Below are positions 60,691-64,000 of a stretch of 64,000 nucleotides of DNA, one piece after another. The notes below the pieces were generated by a model. The model worked only from the letters and a program-made list of their open reading frames with translations. It did no database searches and was not told the origin of the DNA. Every line of letters starts with the position of its first letter. The stretch's first letter is position 1. The stretch is from positions 64,001-128,000 of the forward strand of contig CAXXVO010000015.1 of the NCBI GenBank assembly GCA_963422645.2. Reading direction: 5' to 3'. The stretch is from Alphaproteobacteria bacterium (GTDB lineage Bacteria; Pseudomonadota; Alphaproteobacteria; UBA828). The position numbers and the translations under genes are program-made.

Positions 60691-62229
60691 TCAGGAGCGC
60701 AGTATAGGGATCAGCTGCATCGGTTCCGGGTGCGCCAGGATTTGCAGGATGTTCCAGCCTTGCTTTCGAGCGGTGACGATGACGCTGCGCATTCCGGCGA
60801 AGTTGCAGGCGCCTTGCAGGGAGCGGAAGCCGCCTGAGATCTTCTCATGCACTTTGTTCATACGGATGTCACGCTCCGCCTCGTTATTCGTGAACGGCGT
60901 GCGCAGGTCGGTGAGGAAGCGCAGGCAGCCCTCCTTATGCTTTTGAAGGCGGCGCGCGAGGTTGTGGCCGATGCGGCGTTTCTTTCGCCCTCGCTTTGCG
61001 ATCTGGAGCGGCGGTTGGGCCTCATGGAAGGCGATGGCTTCTTCGAGGATACGGTCCCATGCCCTTGAGATGCGGGCCACCAGGGAGGCGGGGACTTGAC
61101 GGTCTTTCTCACGGGCGAAGCGGGCGGCCCTGCGCGCGCGCTGAAGCAGGCGGTGCATGCTCGCCGCCCATTCCTCCTTCTCGATGTCGATCAGGGCCTG
61201 GAGTTCGCGCAGGTGATGTGCGTTGCAGGCGCCGTGGCGGACGCCCTTGATGGTGAAGTAGGGGGCGAAGTCGTCGTGGACGAGGATGCCTTTCAGGTTC
61301 TTTTCGACATCGCCGCGTCCCTCGCCGATGCGCAGGACGGTGAGCAACGGGGTGCACAGCACATGGAGCCAGCGGGTACGGGCGGCGATACGCAGGCCGG
61401 TCTCGTCGAGGTGCTTGACCGGCGCCTGCGTGCGGATCAGATCGGCGACATGGTCGAGGAAGCCCTCGAAGCGCTGCGCTGTGCGCCGGCCCATGGCGGC
61501 GATCGTGGCAGTGGAGATGGACACCGCGAAGATGTCGCTCATGAGTTCGGCCAGACGCTTCTCGGGCACGAACTGGGCGTACAGCAGGTAACTCACCCAA
61601 GCGGTGATGCGAGGGCCGTACTGGACCGGGGCGGTGACGCCCGGCGGGAAGGCGGCTCGTGTCAGCGTGCCGCATGCGCCGCAGAGGCAGCGATGGGCGC
61701 GGTGTTCGGTGACCTCGAGAGGCTGCGGCTCGGGTACGTCGAAGACCTGCCGACAGGCGGGCGCGCCTTGCCGGTCGGCGTCCGAGAGCTCGACGCCACA
61801 GCCGGAACAGGTGGAGGGGTGGTGATCGACGACACGGTCCGGGCTGTCGCTCCGCGCGAGGGTGGTTCCCTTGTGGCCGGGCTGGCCGCCACTGGGCCCG
61901 CCGGACTTTCCGCGCTGGCTTTGGGTGCGCCTCTGGGCTCCGCTTTTCTTCTTGAGCCCGTCGCTGGCGGGGGGCTTGCTGCTTGTGGTGCTGTTGAGGG
62001 CCGCGCTGCGCTCGAGTTCGGCGATGCGCTCGCGCAGGGCCGCGTTCTCCTGCTCGAGTGCGGCATTTTCCCGGGCGAGCGCGGTGGCTGATCGCAGCAG
62101 CCCCTGCCCCCATTCCCGGACGGCAACGACGACAGTGGTTGCGAGGGATGATGGCTCGAGAAGCTCCTTCAGGCAGCAGAAGGCCTCGTTACGGGCGGCG
62201 AGGTCTTCGTGCCAGTGCGACACCGTCAC
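60691..62229 (-). CDS. IS66-family transposase
   Basis: Motifs HLDETG, HDDF and NNEAERDIR; GTG start overlaps the MTase stop. Confidence 0.93.
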   Translation of the reverse strand: MTVSHWHEDLAARNEAFCCLKELLEPSSLATTVVVAVREWGQGLLRSATALARENAALEQENAALRERIAELERSAALNSTTSSKPPASDGLKKKSGAQRRTQSQRGKSGGPSGGQPGHKGTTLARSDSPDRVVDHHPSTCSGCGVELSDADRQGAPACRQVFDVPEPQPLEVTEHRAHRCLCGACGTLTRAAFPPGVTAPVQYGPRITAWVSYLLYAQFVPEKRLAELMSDIFAVSISTATIAAMGRRTAQRFEGFLDHVADLIRTQAPVKHLDETGLRIAARTRWLHVLCTPLLTVLRIGEGRGDVEKNLKGILVHDDFAPYFTIKGVRHGACNAHHLRELQALIDIEKEEWAASMHRLLQRARRAARFAREKDRQVPASLVARISRAWDRILEEAIAFHEAQPPLQIAKRGRKKRRIGHNLARRLQKHKEGCLRFLTDLRTPFTNNEAERDIRMNKVHEKISGGFRSLQGACNFAGMRSVIVTARKQGWNILQILAHPEPMQLIPILRS

Positions 62230-62891
62230 GTGTCTTCGGCCTCGACGGCCATCATGGCGGCGAGCACGGCGAGGCGTTCGCCCGGCGGCAAGGCCTGGTA
62301 GCGCCGGCCCCAGTTGGCTGCCTTGCGCTTGATGCGCTGGCGGTCGGTGAAGTTCCGGCCTGCGTGGCTGGCCCAATGCATCCGGTCGGGGGCGTAGTTG
62401 AACCAGACGACCTCGGTTCGCACCAGACCCTGGGTCGTGACCTGCAGCGCCAGCCGGCGCCATCCCGCCAGCACCTCGTCATAGAGCGCCGACGGATGGC
62501 CCGAGATCATGACCTGGCAGGGCAGAGCCTTGAGCAGCGCGAGAAGCGCGACGTGGCCGGCCTCCTCGTACTCGAAGCGGTAGCGCTGCGCCGAGCGGCG
62601 GGTCGCGTGCAGATAGGGCGGATCGCTGTAAACCAGCTCCGGGCCCAGGAACGGGAACGAGGCCAGGAAGTCATGGGCACAGCCGTGAACCAGATCGACC
62701 GGGTAGTCGCAGACGAAGGCCTCGAGCGCCTGCGCATCGCGGTCGATGCCGATCGAACGCACGGCCGGCGGCTTGCGCTTCGTCAGCGCCCCGCCCCCAA
62801 GGTGGCTTTCGATGTAGACGGAGTGCGGCGGCATCAGCGCAATCAGCGCTTGGCACAGACCTGCTGTCGCCTTCGAGCCGAAATACCCCAT
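62226..62891 (-). CDS. Compact Dam/D12-like N6-adenine DNA methyltransferase
   Basis: Motifs YFGSK, YIESHLGGGA, IGID and VYSDPPY. Confidence 0.88.
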   Translation of the reverse strand: MGYFGSKATAGLCQALIALMPPHSVYIESHLGGGALTKRKPPAVRSIGIDRDAQALEAFVCDYPVDLVHGCAHDFLASFPFLGPELVYSDPPYLHATRRSAQRYRFEYEEAGHVALLALLKALPCQVMISGHPSALYDEVLAGWRRLALQVTTQGLVRTEVVWFNYAPDRMHWASHAGRNFTDRQRIKRKAANWGRRYQALPPGERLAVLAAMMAVEAEDT

Positions 62892-63033
62892 GGACCGCTC
62901 CCGTCACGCGAGAGAGCAGTCCATAGTCCCGCAACTCTATGAGGTCAAGAACCAATCGCGGTGGCAGAACCAGGCCGCGGCCGCCGCCATAATCACCGTC
63001 CTCAACTCAGGATTGGGGTACCTGGGTAGTTAC

Positions 63034-64000
63034 GATTTGTCATTTTGGGCCAGTGGATTGAGGCGTTTCTCGTTCGGAGTTGGTGGAAAGGGCTTGACGG
63101 GAATTTCGGGAAATGACTCAACAACGACATGAGCAATCCCGAGTCGCCGCGCGGCCCTTCGACGGGAGCAGCGCCCGAAACGCCCGCGCAGAAGATCGCC
63201 CGCCTGGAGGAGGAGAACGCCCGGCTTCGGGAGGAAAATGCCTGGCTTCGGCAGCAGAACGCGCGGCTGGAAGAGCAAGTCGCGCGTCTCGTCGAGCGCA
63301 TCGAGGAGTTGGAGCGCCGTCTCGGCCTCAACAGCGGCAACAGCGGCAAGCCGCCTTCGAGCGATGGGCTGAGGAAGCCGAATTCGAAGCGGCGAACCCG
63401 AAGCCTGCGCGGCAAATCGGGCCGCAAGCCCGGTGGCCAGCCCGGCCACAAGGGCAAGACGCTGCGCCGCGCCGATCACCCGGATCGGGTGAAGGATCAC
63501 GTCCCGGCTTCCTGCAAGGGATGCGGTTCGCCGCTTTCGGACGCGGCCAGGGCGGGAACGCCCGTCGCCCGCCAGGTGTTCGATCTGCCCGAGCCGAGCC
63601 CCCTGGAGGTGACCGAGCACCGGGCGCATGCCAAGTGCTGCGGGCATTGCGGGACGGTGACCCGGGCGGCGTTCCCCGACGGGGTGTCGGCGCCGGTGCA
63701 GTACGGCCCGCGCATTGCCGGGGTGGCGGTCTACCTTCAGCACGCTCACTTCCTGCCGGAGGATCGGCTGTCGCAGGTGATGGCCGAGCTCTTCGGCGCG
63801 CCGGTGACGGCTGCGACGTTGGCGACGATGAGCGAGAGGGCGGCCGAGCGGCTTGCGGGACGCGGCCTTGCACATACAGGACCTGGCGGCGGGCACGGCG
63901 CGGGTGAAACACATGGACGAGACCGGCTTGCGGATCGGCGGTCAGACGCAGTGGCTTCATGTGATCTGCACGCCGCTGCTGGCGGCGTACCGGGTCAGCG
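63034..64000 (+). mobile_element. Damaged partial copy of the MTase-less IS66 at 4770-6657
   Basis: Matches the first copy from position 4789 onward; lacks the first 19 bp including the left IR; runs off the window. Confidence 0.92.
63129..64000 (+). pseudogene. IS66 transposase with a +1 frameshift
   Basis: GAGCGGCTTGCGG at 63846-63858 versus GAGCGGCTGCGG in the intact copy. Confidence 0.75.

Larger units (their letters stand above)
60526..63033 (-). mobile_element. IS66-family MTase-carrying element (variant B), intact, 2508 bp
   Basis: IRs GTAACT(G/A)CCCAGGTACCCC; near-identical to 30845-35916 without the insert; flanks CGATTTTT and GATTTGTC do not match. Confidence 0.95.

Noticed and set aside
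30845-63033. Composite transposon or simple inversion bounded by the two inverted variant-B copies
   Set aside because: Neither the outer nor the inner flanks form a duplication, the reverse-complement pairing expected after inversion fails, and the interval carries core genes (dapD, dapE).

Overview
GC-rich chromosomal window from what looks like an alphaproteobacterium. Evidence for this is the dapD-dapE-pyrimidine nucleotidase block, cytochrome c2, a DUF4169-like gene, AsmA, moaA-NAD kinase and xseA. About 12.9 kb (~20%) is insertion sequence. The most striking system is an IS66-family (single-transposase, ISBst12-like) element in which a compact DPPY-type DNA adenine methyltransferase gene sits directly upstream of the transposase, overlapping it by GTGA. 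It occurs three times: a diverged copy with a perfect 8-bp target duplication (10856-13316), an intact copy (60526-63033), and a copy whose MTase is split by a different IS with 15-bp IRs and a 5-bp TSD (30845-35916). A related MTase-less IS66 is present whole (4770-6657) and damaged (63034-end). A second unusual locus (2.6-8.6 kb) has a secreted Cys-rich (CxP)n peptide, a His-rich conserved protein, a secreted FGE-like protein, a ~58-Cys (CxP)n-repeat protein fused to a cytochrome P460-family domain, and cytochrome c2. The window also has a divergent urease-like ureAB-ureC-ureD operon, F420-dependent enzymes, valine catabolism genes, a two-gene capsule islet and several IS-truncated genes. 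All calls come from reading the sequence and recalled motifs; no database searches were run.
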